A DNA stretch of 33,055 nucleotides from the IMG/VR virus record IMGVR_UViG_3300044228_003889, positions 1-33,055 of that record, one strand, 5' to 3'. The translations under genes were made by a program, and so were the position numbers. Below the pieces are notes generated by a model. The model did no database searches. It saw nothing but the letters and a program-made list of their open reading frames with translations, and had not been told where the DNA came from. Positions 1 to 10,000 of the stretch are shown here, in pieces; the stretch's first letter is position 1; each line of letters starts with the position of its first letter. Origin of the DNA: a virus (taxonomy: Duplodnaviria > Caudoviricetes).

Positions 1-216
1 GGATTCGGTTGGGTACTCATCAAGAATGGTGTGTTTGAGCATGCCGAAATGAAATACCCTTGGTTTGCACCGAAGATGCAAGTCTTCGAGTCTGGAGAGG
101 TACAGGACATGTGTGGAGAGGACGTTTCATTCTGTCTAGACGCAATCGAGGCAGGATTTGATATCTGGTGCGATCCACAGATTCGGGTCGGACATGAGAA
201 AACCAGAGTCATCTAG
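1..216 (+). CDS. Glycosyltransferase-like (GT-A/GT2-type) protein, 5'-truncated C-terminal part
   Basis: Frame is open from base 1 (GFGWVLIKNGVFEH...). GFGWVLIK..VF and GEDVSFC...GFDIWCD..IRVGH match the C-terminal motifs of GT-A-fold phage proteins. The track's start at 31 is internal. Confidence 0.6.
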   Translation, partial: GFGWVLIKNGVFEHAEMKYPWFAPKMQVFESGEVQDMCGEDVSFCLDAIEAGFDIWCDPQIRVGHEKTRVI

Positions 217-225
217 GAGGACACT

Positions 226-507
226 ATGCACGATCAGAATTCAATCGACCAATCTGAGTCACCTTCTCAGAAGTATCAGAGGGCATTAGACCTGTTTACA
301 GAGTCGGTGCTGAAACCTGATCACAATCTTCGAGGGTGTGCACATAATCAGGGGTGTTATGATCAGTTGATGGAGATTCGAGAGCATGTTCTTGAATACC
401 TCAAGACTCTCAAGGAGGTCACACATCACGAAAATGCTGATGAGTCTGATATCATAGAGAGTGAGAAGTTGGAGAGTATTAAGAAATATCCCTCAAAGTG
501 GCGGTAA
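226..507 (+). CDS. Hypothetical phage protein (93 aa)
   Basis: ORF with strong SD (AGGAGG) just upstream of the ATG. Confidence 0.75.
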   Translation: MHDQNSIDQSESPSQKYQRALDLFTESVLKPDHNLRGCAHNQGCYDQLMEIREHVLEYLKTLKEVTHHENADESDIIESEKLESIKKYPSKWR

Positions 508-546
508 AAAAATCGTCGTCAAAGTCAAAAAATCGTCGTTAAAGTT
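507..546. repeat. Tandem direct repeat, 2 x 20 bp
   Basis: AAAAAATCGTCGTCAAAGTC (507-526) followed by AAAAAATCGTCGTTAAAGTT (527-546), 18/20 identical, intergenic. Confidence 0.85.
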
Positions 547-561
547 TAGGAATTATTAATT

Positions 562-702
562 ATGGCAATGAGATTCAGTATGGGTGATTCATTAATCGAA
601 AGTCGCCCAAAAAAGACAAGACAAGGAAAAGGAAAGCATAGTAAGTACTCTGCTACGAGTCGTAACGGGGCAAAGAAGAGGTATAGGGGTCAAGGCAGAT
701 GA
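562..702 (+). CDS. Small basic K/R/G-rich protein (46 aa)
   Basis: Hand translation MAMRFSMGDSLIESRPKKTRQGKGKHSKYSATSRNGAKKRYRGQGR; AGGA upstream; ATGA overlap with next ORF; not in ORF track. Confidence 0.75.
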   Translation: MAMRFSMGDSLIESRPKKTRQGKGKHSKYSATSRNGAKKRYRGQGR

Positions 703-851
703 ACTGCTGGCACTGTGGCACTGAATTGATCTGGGGTGCCGATTACGATATGGAAGATGTAAATGATGGAGAGGAGTCAGAGTACGACTTCTTTTCAACC
801 TTTACTTGTCCAAAATGTCAATCTTACGTAGAAGTTTATCATCATAGTTAA
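699..851 (+). CDS. Small acidic zinc-ribbon protein (50 aa)
   Basis: Hand translation MNCWHCGTELIWGADYDMEDVNDGEESEYDFFSTFTCPKCQSYVEVYHHS; two CxxC pairs; stop abuts next ATG. Confidence 0.75.
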   Translation: MNCWHCGTELIWGADYDMEDVNDGEESEYDFFSTFTCPKCQSYVEVYHHS

Positions 852-1520
852 ATGGCTTGTTTAATTGCAAATTTACCCTCCTACGAGGTATGGGTAAGAA
901 AAGAATATCTAACCGACCATAAAAGTGGTCATGGTGAGTTTGTAAAAGGAGTATGGGTATCTGCGAAGAGTATACCTGGTCGTGCCTTCTACTTCGAGAC
1001 TTATCTTCCAGACTATGCTGCAATGTTTGATAAATTGCCAATCTCTGCGTTCACTACCGACCCTGAGACACCGAAACCAGACATGACCTTACATAATCTC
1101 CAGTTTTGGAATTGTATGGACTATGGGGTTGTTGCGGTACAGAAGCAGTTTATTGGTTCAATGCACTATGAAGTGCTTACAAGAGACTACGGAACGCAAA
1201 CAGGCACATATATTTGCACTTTAGACAACTATCATCAAGATGTAGATGTCATAGACTACTCAACAAGTGAACAACCAGCTGAACATAAGAGTCATAACCT
1301 CTTAGAATTAGATAATGGGCAGTTTTGTCTCTATCCAAACAACAGAATGAGGATATATGACAATAGTATCACTCCTGAGACACCTAAGACTCCCGATTTT
1401 AAGGTTTCAACCGTGTATTATCAGGTAGAAAACGGTCATGATCGTGATGGATTGGGTTCAGAAGAGAATTATTTCTGGAAAACAGCTAAAGAACGTAAGG
1501 AAAACCCAGAATTGGGATAA
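852..1520 (+). CDS. Conserved hypothetical marine phage protein (222 aa)
   Basis: Long ORF in operon context; protein-like composition with aromatic, His and Cys residues; function unknown. Confidence 0.8.
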   Translation: MACLIANLPSYEVWVRKEYLTDHKSGHGEFVKGVWVSAKSIPGRAFYFETYLPDYAAMFDKLPISAFTTDPETPKPDMTLHNLQFWNCMDYGVVAVQKQFIGSMHYEVLTRDYGTQTGTYICTLDNYHQDVDVIDYSTSEQPAEHKSHNLLELDNGQFCLYPNNRMRIYDNSITPETPKTPDFKVSTVYYQVENGHDRDGLGSEENYFWKTAKERKENPELG

Positions 1521-1523
1521 ATA
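1517..1523 (+). promoter_or_regulatory. Putative late promoter (ATAAATA)
   Basis: T4-type late -10 core about 20 bp upstream of the ORF at 1543. Confidence 0.45.
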
Positions 1524-1542
1524 AATCATTACGGAGACAAAA

Positions 1543-1674
1543 ATGGTTATTAAAATGGACAAATCGCAAGAATTCATCAAAAGTGGTAAAAAACTGATTA
1601 GTGAATACGATGCTGATGCTTATTTTGAAGAAAAAGAGGAAGAAAAACCTCAATTTTTAAAGGAAGGCGAATAA
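1543..1674 (+). CDS. Small acidic hypothetical protein (43 aa)
   Basis: MVIKMDKSQEFIKSGKKLISEYDADAYFEEKEEEKPQFLKEGE; GGAG SD upstream; not in ORF track. Confidence 0.65.
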   Translation: MVIKMDKSQEFIKSGKKLISEYDADAYFEEKEEEKPQFLKEGE

Positions 1675-1705
1675 ATAAACGTAATATTAAAAACCCTTAT
1701 AGATA
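1671..1705 (+). promoter_or_regulatory. Putative late promoter(s) for the baseplate operon
   Basis: ATAAATA at 1671-1677 and TATAGATA (one mismatch to TATAAATA) at 1698-1705, upstream of gp25. Confidence 0.4.
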
Positions 1706-1730
1706 TATTAGGAAAAATATATCAAATTGA

Positions 1731-2132
1731 ATGGTAGTTAAAATTTCTCGTGCATTTAAGGACATTAGTTTGTCATTTACGAAGCATCCTGTCACAAATG
1801 ACGTGACTGTGCTGAAAAATGAAGATGCAATTAAGAAATCAGTGGTCAATTTATGCCGAACACGCATAAATGAGAGATTTTTTAACGACTTATTGGGTAC
1901 ATCAATCGAAGATTCGTTGTTTGAGACGAATTTGAATGACATTACATCATTTATAGAGAGAGAAATCACTGTTTTACTTAGTAATTATGAGCCAAGAATA
2001 AGACTAACTAGTGTTATTGTTGAATCTTTAGTTGATTCATACGAATTACAGATAAGAGTTGAGTATGAAATTACAGGATTACCATTTCCGACACAAAATA
2101 TCGAATTTTTACTTCAACCGACTAGGATATAA
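1731..2132 (+). CDS. gp25: Baseplate wedge subunit gp25
   Basis: FKDISLSF..HPVT.D, AIKKSV.NL..T...ERFF, YEPRI are GPW/gp25 family motifs; directly precedes gp6. Confidence 0.92.
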   Translation: MVVKISRAFKDISLSFTKHPVTNDVTVLKNEDAIKKSVVNLCRTRINERFFNDLLGTSIEDSLFETNLNDITSFIEREITVLLSNYEPRIRLTSVIVESLVDSYELQIRVEYEITGLPFPTQNIEFLLQPTRI

Positions 2133-4009
2133 TGTCATTTACACAGTTTACCAACCTCGATTTTAATACTTTTAGGGCTCAGATTAAGGATTATTTGAGA
2201 TCTAACTCAAATTTTACTGATTTTGACTTTGAAGGATCAAACTTTTCAATTTTAATTGATACTTTAGCATATAACTCTTACATAACTGCTTATAATACGA
2301 ACATGGCAGTCAATGAATCTTTCATTGATAGTGCAACTCTACGTGAAAATGTCGTATCATTAGCAAGAAATATCGGTTATGTACCAAGATCTAAAAAATC
2401 AGCAGTTGCAACAATTAGTTTTAATGTCGATGTATCATCAATAAACGCACAGCAAGTCAAATTAAATGCTGGTTTAGTAGCATTAGGATCTGTACAGGGT
2501 GGAAATTATACATTTTCAATACCAGAAGACATTATAGTAACTCCAACCAGTAATGGAGTTGCGAGTTTTAACAATATTTCAATCTATGAGGGTAATTATC
2601 TAACTAAAACCTTCGTTGTAGACAGTTCACAAACAAATGAAAGGTATATTTTACCAAATGCAAACATTGATATCTCCTCAATTCGTGTTGAAGTCAGTGA
2701 TAAGGATGGTATTTTAACATATAATCCATATACAAATATTTTTGATGTTAATCCTGAATCTCGATTATTCTTAGTTCAAGAAGTTGATGATGAAAGATAC
2801 CAAATCATGTTTGGTGATAATATTGTAGGTAAAAAGCCAGCAAATGGTGCAACAATTAAAGTCAGTTATATTGTCACTAATGGAGTGGAGGGTAATAATG
2901 CTGCTAATTTTACTTTTTCTGGTAGACTAGTGAGCAACTCAGGAGCATCAATTGTTAGTAATATATCGCTCTTAACAACCACACAATCGTCTGAAAATGG
3001 TGATGAGATAGAATCTATAGACAGTATCAAATATCTTGCTCCAAGGGTGTATGCATCGCAATACAGAGCAGTTACACCAAATGATTATAAGAGTTTAATA
3101 CCATTTTTATACCCAAATATTGATTCTGTAAGTGCTTATGGTGGAGAAGAACTCGATCCACCTGAATTTGGAAAGGTTTACATCACTGTTAAACCAAAAA
3201 ATGGTGAATTTTTATCTGCGGTAGCAAAAGATTCAATTAAAAGTGATTTAAAAAAATATACTGTAGCTGGAATCAAACAAGAATTTTTAGATTTAATGTA
3301 TTTGTATGTTGAATTTGATTCAACTGTATCATATGACTCAGGATTTATTGCTGATAAATTAAACTTACAGACAAGAATATTATCTGCAGTTGAAACTTAT
3401 TCAAAATCAGCAGATATTAACTCTTTTGGTGGAAGATTGAAGTATAGTAAGTTACTTTCTCAAATTGATAAGGTTGATACTGGAATAACCTCAAATATCA
3501 CAACTCTTGTAATTCGAAGAAATATGATTCCTGCTTACAATTCAATCGCAACCTATGAAGTTTGTTATGGAAACAAGTTTCATGCTGATTTGGAAGGGTT
3601 TAATATTCGTTCCTCTGCTTTTAAAATTGATGCAGTTGATGGTGATGTATACATGACTGATTTCCCAAATGATGATCAACTCACTGGAGTTGTTAAGTTT
3701 TTTGTATTCGTTGATGGTGTGATAACTTATATCAATAATAATGCAGGAACTGTAAATTATACAAAAGGAGAAGTAAATTTATTTCCAGTAAATATTACCT
3801 CTACAACACTATCTAATCGAATTGAAATTGAGGCTACACCAGAATCTAATGATATCGTAGCAAAAGAGAACCTTTATATTGTGCTAGATACTACAGGAAA
3901 TAGTAAATTAAACCTATTAGAGGATGTTCTTGTTTCTGGATCAAATATATCAGGAACAAACTACGCACCACCATCTAGTTTCATTAGTAACAAAAAATAT
4001 ATAAGATAA
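2132..4009 (+). CDS. gp6: Baseplate wedge subunit gp6
   Basis: LDF..., FTDFDFEGS, LAYN, ESFIDSATLRENVVSLA..IGY.P, FGD, RAVT..DY, WGGE-like AYGGEE motifs of T4 gp6. Confidence 0.95.
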   Translation: MSFTQFTNLDFNTFRAQIKDYLRSNSNFTDFDFEGSNFSILIDTLAYNSYITAYNTNMAVNESFIDSATLRENVVSLARNIGYVPRSKKSAVATISFNVDVSSINAQQVKLNAGLVALGSVQGGNYTFSIPEDIIVTPTSNGVASFNNISIYEGNYLTKTFVVDSSQTNERYILPNANIDISSIRVEVSDKDGILTYNPYTNIFDVNPESRLFLVQEVDDERYQIMFGDNIVGKKPANGATIKVSYIVTNGVEGNNAANFTFSGRLVSNSGASIVSNISLLTTTQSSENGDEIESIDSIKYLAPRVYASQYRAVTPNDYKSLIPFLYPNIDSVSAYGGEELDPPEFGKVYITVKPKNGEFLSAVAKDSIKSDLKKYTVAGIKQEFLDLMYLYVEFDSTVSYDSGFIADKLNLQTRILSAVETYSKSADINSFGGRLKYSKLLSQIDKVDTGITSNITTLVIRRNMIPAYNSIATYEVCYGNKFHADLEGFNIRSSAFKIDAVDGDVYMTDFPNDDQLTGVVKFFVFVDGVITYINNNAGTVNYTKGEVNLFPVNITSTTLSNRIEIEATPESNDIVAKENLYIVLDTTGNSKLNLLEDVLVSGSNISGTNYAPPSSFISNKKYIR

Positions 4010-4012
4010 CAG

Positions 4013-7000
4013 ATGTCTGATAAAAAAGTCAAAATTTCAAATATTCTTGGTAGTCAAATACCAGATTTTATACAAGCAGATAATCCACTCTTCAAAGAGT
4101 TTTTAACTCAATACTATGAGTCTGAGGAACGTGAATATGGGACAACATACTTAGCTGACCATATTTCATCTCTTAAGAAGATACCAACTGTTGCTGATAT
4201 TTCTTTAGTTAAAAAACAAACAGTTAATGTTCCAGGCACTGCATCTCCAGAGTCACCAGTTCTTATATCTTCTTTTTTATATGCATATGATGATGTAATT
4301 AATGTAAATCAAACAACTGGATTTCCAGATAAGTATGGATTACTAAAAATTGATAATGAGATTATCACATATACTGGAAAAACTGCAACTTCATTTACTG
4401 GATGTATTCGTGGGTTTAGTGGTATATCTGAAATTGAAACTGTTTCAAATCCTGAGTTCTTAACTTTTAGTGACACAAATGCAGATGCACATGATGAAAA
4501 TTCAACAGTAACTAACTTAAGTTTTCTTTTTGTAACTGAATTCTATAAAAAATTTAGAAAACACTTTTTGCCTGGTTTAGAAGGAAGAGATTTTTCCTAT
4601 GGAATAAATGTAGAAAATATTTTATCGAGGGCAAGGGATTTTTATAGTTCAAAAGGAACAGATACTTCATTACAAATACTTTTTCAGGTATTATATGGTA
4701 AACAAATTGATGTTATTAAACCTTTTGATCAAACAATCATGCCATCAGAGGCTGAATATGATGTATCGGATAATATTATAGTTGAAGTTTTATTTGGAAA
4801 TCCCTTAAATTTAGTTGGTGTTAAAATATATCAAGATTCCTTTACTAATCCAACTGCGAGTGGTGCAGTTTCAAATGTAAATACAAAATTTTTAGGAAAT
4901 AAAAAATATTATGAAATATCTTTTTCAAAGGGAACAATAATAGATAAACTTAAAGTTTCTACAAAAACTAAAGTAATAGGAGCTGCTTCAACGACTGAAG
5001 TTTTAACAGTTGATTCTACTATTGGGTTTGGAGAAACTGGTAATTTTTATTATCCTAATGAGGATAATATTTACACATTGGCAGAATATACTTCTAAATC
5101 CAGTAATCAATTTTTTGGTTGCACTGGTGTTTCTAGACTTCTGACAGAATCTGAGTCAATCATAGATACTAATTTTGTCTATGGTTATGAAAATAATGAT
5201 TTGACTAAAATATGCACGATGAGAATTGTAGGAACAATTTCTGGTGCATCTGATAATAAGGATTCAACTAAGTATTTTGATTTTGATGATTTAATTAGAG
5301 TCAAACATTTAGGTGAAAAATATGATGTATCTGATAAAAAATTTAATACTTGGTTTTATAATAATATATCATATGTTGATGCTTTGGGACATGTAGCTGA
5401 TGGAGACACCATTAACGATTCTGCTGCAGATAGAACATTTACAACATCAACAGAGCATTTTTTAAAAATAGGTGATAGAGTAGATATATTTTTTAAAGAG
5501 TCAGGTGTTAAATTTAGAGAAAATTCAGAAGTTAGTGTAGTCAATAATGAAAAACAAATTCAAATAGACGGTGGTATTATAAACACTAAAATTATTAGCG
5601 GTGATTATGTAATTAAAAAAAGATTAAATTATACATCTTCAAATTTTGGAATCACTAATCTCCTTTCAAATATTCAAAATTCTTTTTCAGATAAAGATAA
5701 AAACACATACGTTTCTTTTTCTGGATATCCATCATTTGATACACAAACTACAAATAGATCACATGTATTTCAATCATCTGCGATTAATGCAAATACGATT
5801 ACGATAAATGATCATAATTTTATAAATGGTGAGAAAGTATATCTATCTCTTTCTTTAGACTCTGGACTTAGTGAGGGATCAAGTGGTTATTACTATGTGA
5901 ATGTTATTAATAATAATAATTTCAAATTATCCACAAGTTATCCAAACTTATATAATAGCGTTTTTGAAACAATTACATGGAGTGGAGTTGGATCTGGAGA
6001 ACATACAATAACACCTGCATCATTATACATTGGCCAAAAATTAAGTAATCAAAATAATTTAAGAAGAATATATAAAAATCCACAAGTTTCAAAAAATAAT
6101 TCAAGAATTATTGGTGCAATTGGTATTTCTTTAAATGGTGTGGAGTATCATTCACCAATTTCTAATGAATCTGTTTACTATGGACAAATTGATGAATTGC
6201 AAGTTACAAACTCTGGAGAAAATTTTGATGTTATAAATCCACCTACATTATTAATTACAGATAAAAATGGAACAAACTGTGAAACTATTGTTAATTTTTC
6301 TGGCCAACCAACAAAAGTAATTTTAAATAAATCAGGATTTGATTATTTAAATACTCCCTCAGTAAGAATAGTTGGAGGAAATGGCACTGGAGCTGTTTGC
6401 AAAGCAAAAATGAGGGGATTTAATTATAGTAGATCATATACTGATTTTAATGTAGATTTAACAACTAATAGAATTACTGGAGAACATAGATTTTCTGATG
6501 GTGAAGAAGTTAGATATATTGCAACTGGAACTCCCATAGGAATTACCACTGGAGTAAATGTGGGATTTAATACTGATAGATTGACATCAGGAACATCATA
6601 CTTTATCGCAAAATATGATAATAATTCATTTGGTTTAGCAATTAATGAAGACAGAGCACTAACTAAAACAAATTTATTAGATTTATTTGATTTTGGAAAT
6701 CAAGTTCATACTTTTGAATCTCAAAAGGTAAGAAATATAATTGACAGAATTGAAATAACAAATACTGGATCTTCCTACGATAATCATCGTGTAGAAATAC
6801 CATCACAACTATATCCACCAATAAATTTAAAAGATGTGTTTAAAACATTTGTTGGTATAAACACTTTTAATGATTATGTTTATGCTAAAAATCATAATTT
6901 TAAAAACGGTGATATTGTAGATTATATTTGTAGTGGAACTGTTATATCTGGATTATCAACATCAATTCCTTATCAAATTACGGTAATTGATAATGATAAA

Positions 7001-10000
7001 TTTAAATTAAGTAGTGCAGGAACAGCAACAACTATATCAAATACAAATTATGAAAGAAAAATATATGAAAAATTAAGTAGTATTGGAGTTGGAACCCATA
7101 CATTTAAATATCCTAATATTCGAGTTGAAATTAATGGGCAAATTTCTGCAGGTACAACTTCTACAATTCCTGATTATTATAAAGCGTCAGCTGATGTTGA
7201 AGTAAGAGGGGGGTTAAAAAATATTTTTGTAAAAAATGGTGGTGTTGGATATGGAGTAACAAATATAGTAAATTATTTAAAAAAACCAAAAATATCTTTA
7301 CTAACTGGAAAAAATGCGTTTTTAACACCTAATGTTGTAAATGGTAAAGTAGAGAGTGTTTCTATTGGAAACGGTGGTTCTGAATATACAAGTCCACCAA
7401 TACTTGAAGTTGTGGAAGTTGGTAAAGCAATTGGAACTATTGGTGCAGTTGCTGAATTAAAAGCAGTCGTATCTGACGGAAAAATAACTGATGTTAAGAT
7501 AATTAAAAAAGGAAGTAAATATAATCCAAACAACACAATAATAAGAATTACACCATCAGGATCTAAATCAATCATAACAACTAAAATTCATGAATGGAAA
7601 ATAAATGCAGTAGAGAGATATGATCATGTTTTAACAGAAAATAATTCTCAATTTGTTCAAATAAATTCAGAATCATTAGACTACAATAATAAAATTTGTT
7701 CTTTTTATCCTGTTAAAAAATATCGTCGTTTACTCAGAGATAATATTGATTCCAATTTAATAGAATTTGTAGATGATCACTCAAAAATAGTTGGATGGGC
7801 ATATGATGGTAATCCAATTTATGGGCCAGTTGGTGTTAACACTTCTGGAATTACCACATATATGCAATCTAGTTATCAACTTGATATTATCGCAGATTCT
7901 GGTTTAAGACCATCAACTTATCAAAATGGATATTTCATTCAGGATTATGTTTATAAAGGAAATGGTGATTTGGATGAGTTTAACGGAAAATTTTTAATAA
8001 ATTCAGATTTCCCAGAGGGAACTTATGCTTATTTTTCAACTTTGAACAATACTAGTAAAAATCCATCTTTCCCTTACATTTCATTCCAACATCGTAATGC
8101 CACTGATAATTTTAATTATAATTTAAACAGTAAACAAATAGATAAAGTAATTAATAGTGGAGAATATAAAAGAAATGTAACTCATTTAGGTTTGAATGAT
8201 GAGTTTAGAAGATATCCTGTTCTTAATGATTCTCTTGAATCAAAGGCATTAGTCAAAATTGATGGGGTAAAAGACTCAAGAATTACAAAAGTTAGCGTTG
8301 ATGGATCTGGAACTGGATATAAAGTTAATGATAGAATTATTTTTAACGATCCTTCTATAACATCTAGTGTAGATCAAGTTATTGGTAAAAAAATTGTATC
8401 TGTAGGAACCACTAATACAATTATCAATAATTTAATATTTTCAGTTCTTGATGATCAAGTAACAGGTTTTTCTACAATTCCACATGGACTATCTGCAGGA
8501 GATATTGTTGAAATATCTGGAATATCATCAACCCTTTACAAAAATATAGAGGGAGTACAAACTATTGGTGTAACAACAACTACTGCCAGTTTATCTCAAG
8601 CTATCGGAAATGCAGCTACAACTGGAATTACAACATTTATAAGTCTTAGTTCTCCAACCTTAAATAGAAAATTTGAAGTTGATGATGTTTTCCAAATTGG
8701 ATCAGAGCAATTCCTTGTAATAGATCATGATGATGTTAACAACAAATATAGAGTTAGAAGAGGTTATAATTCTTCAGGAAATACTACTCATAGTGCTGGA
8801 ACAATAGTTAATAAATTAGAAACAAAATTTACATATCCAATATCAAAAAAAGTAGAAAATATTAATGTTCAATTTCCTAAAATTGAATATTTTGAAGGAA
8901 CAAGTTCAATCGGAATTGGAACAAGTGTATCGAATGTCATTGTTGGACAAGTAGGAATAACATCCATTTATAAATCAATTCCTGCAAAGGCAATTTACTT
9001 ACCAAATCACAAATTTCAAAATGGAGATGAAGTAAAACTAATTTCTATTGGATCAACCATTAATGCAACTAGAAATGCAGATTTATCTAATCCATTTGAT
9101 TTATCAAGCTTTGATAAACTTTTCTGCACTAGATTCAATTCAGAATTTATTGGTTTAGCTACTGAAAAAACAGGAATAGGAACTTTAGGTATAAGTACAA
9201 CATCACAGAATGTATTTTTTAAAGAGGTTTTGACCACAGGTGGTGATGATAATAAACTTGAATTACTTACTAATAACGTATTTGGATCTTTAAGAAAAGT
9301 CAATGGAACTGTTACTGTTGCAACATCTGCAACTACAGGTCAACACCATGCATTATCCGTTGGGGATGAGTTTGAGTTACATTTAACAACTAATAAAACA
9401 CAAACATTCAATTTAAAATATAACGAAAGTATTCAAAAATTAGTTGTTAATCCTTTATCTTTCATAGATTCGGCAATTGGAATAGGGACAACCATGTCAA
9501 CTATAACAATTAATGATCATGATTTTCAAACAGGAGATTTGGTTGTTTATAATTCAACAACACCAGCAGATCCTTTAGTTAATGATGGAGTTTACTATGT
9601 AATTAAAGAATCTAGAGATACCATAAGATTAGCAGAAAATGCTTATGATTTATCAATATTTCCATATAATTATATTGGAATTGGAACAACTGGAGGAACC
9701 AATCATGAAATATCAAAAATTAATCCAAAATTATCTTTCTATAAAAACAATACAGTAGAACTTGTAACCACCGATTCAAGTTTAGATGATTTTAGTATAG
9801 AATTTTATGAAGATAAAAATTTAAAATCAAAATACAATAGTAATTTAATTACTAAAACTAGTGATAAAATTACCATATCTGTAACTGATTTATTAGCACA
9901 AGAGTTTTTCTATAAGATTGAAGGTAAAAAAACTAATTTACATAAAACTTTATCTTTCCCTGTAGATGAAAGAGTTCCAAATCATTCGCAAATAGTATTA

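Noticed and set aside
507-546. Mini-CRISPR array
   Set aside because: Only two abutting units, with no spacer and no cas genes
592-1041. Minus-strand ORFs 592-798 and 802-1041
   Set aside because: They are antisense to better-supported, coupled + strand ORFs and show no protein-like motifs
1694-1713. Hairpin/terminator CCCTTATAGATATATTAGG
   Set aside because: Imperfect AT-rich stem with no U-tract; better read as a late-promoter variant
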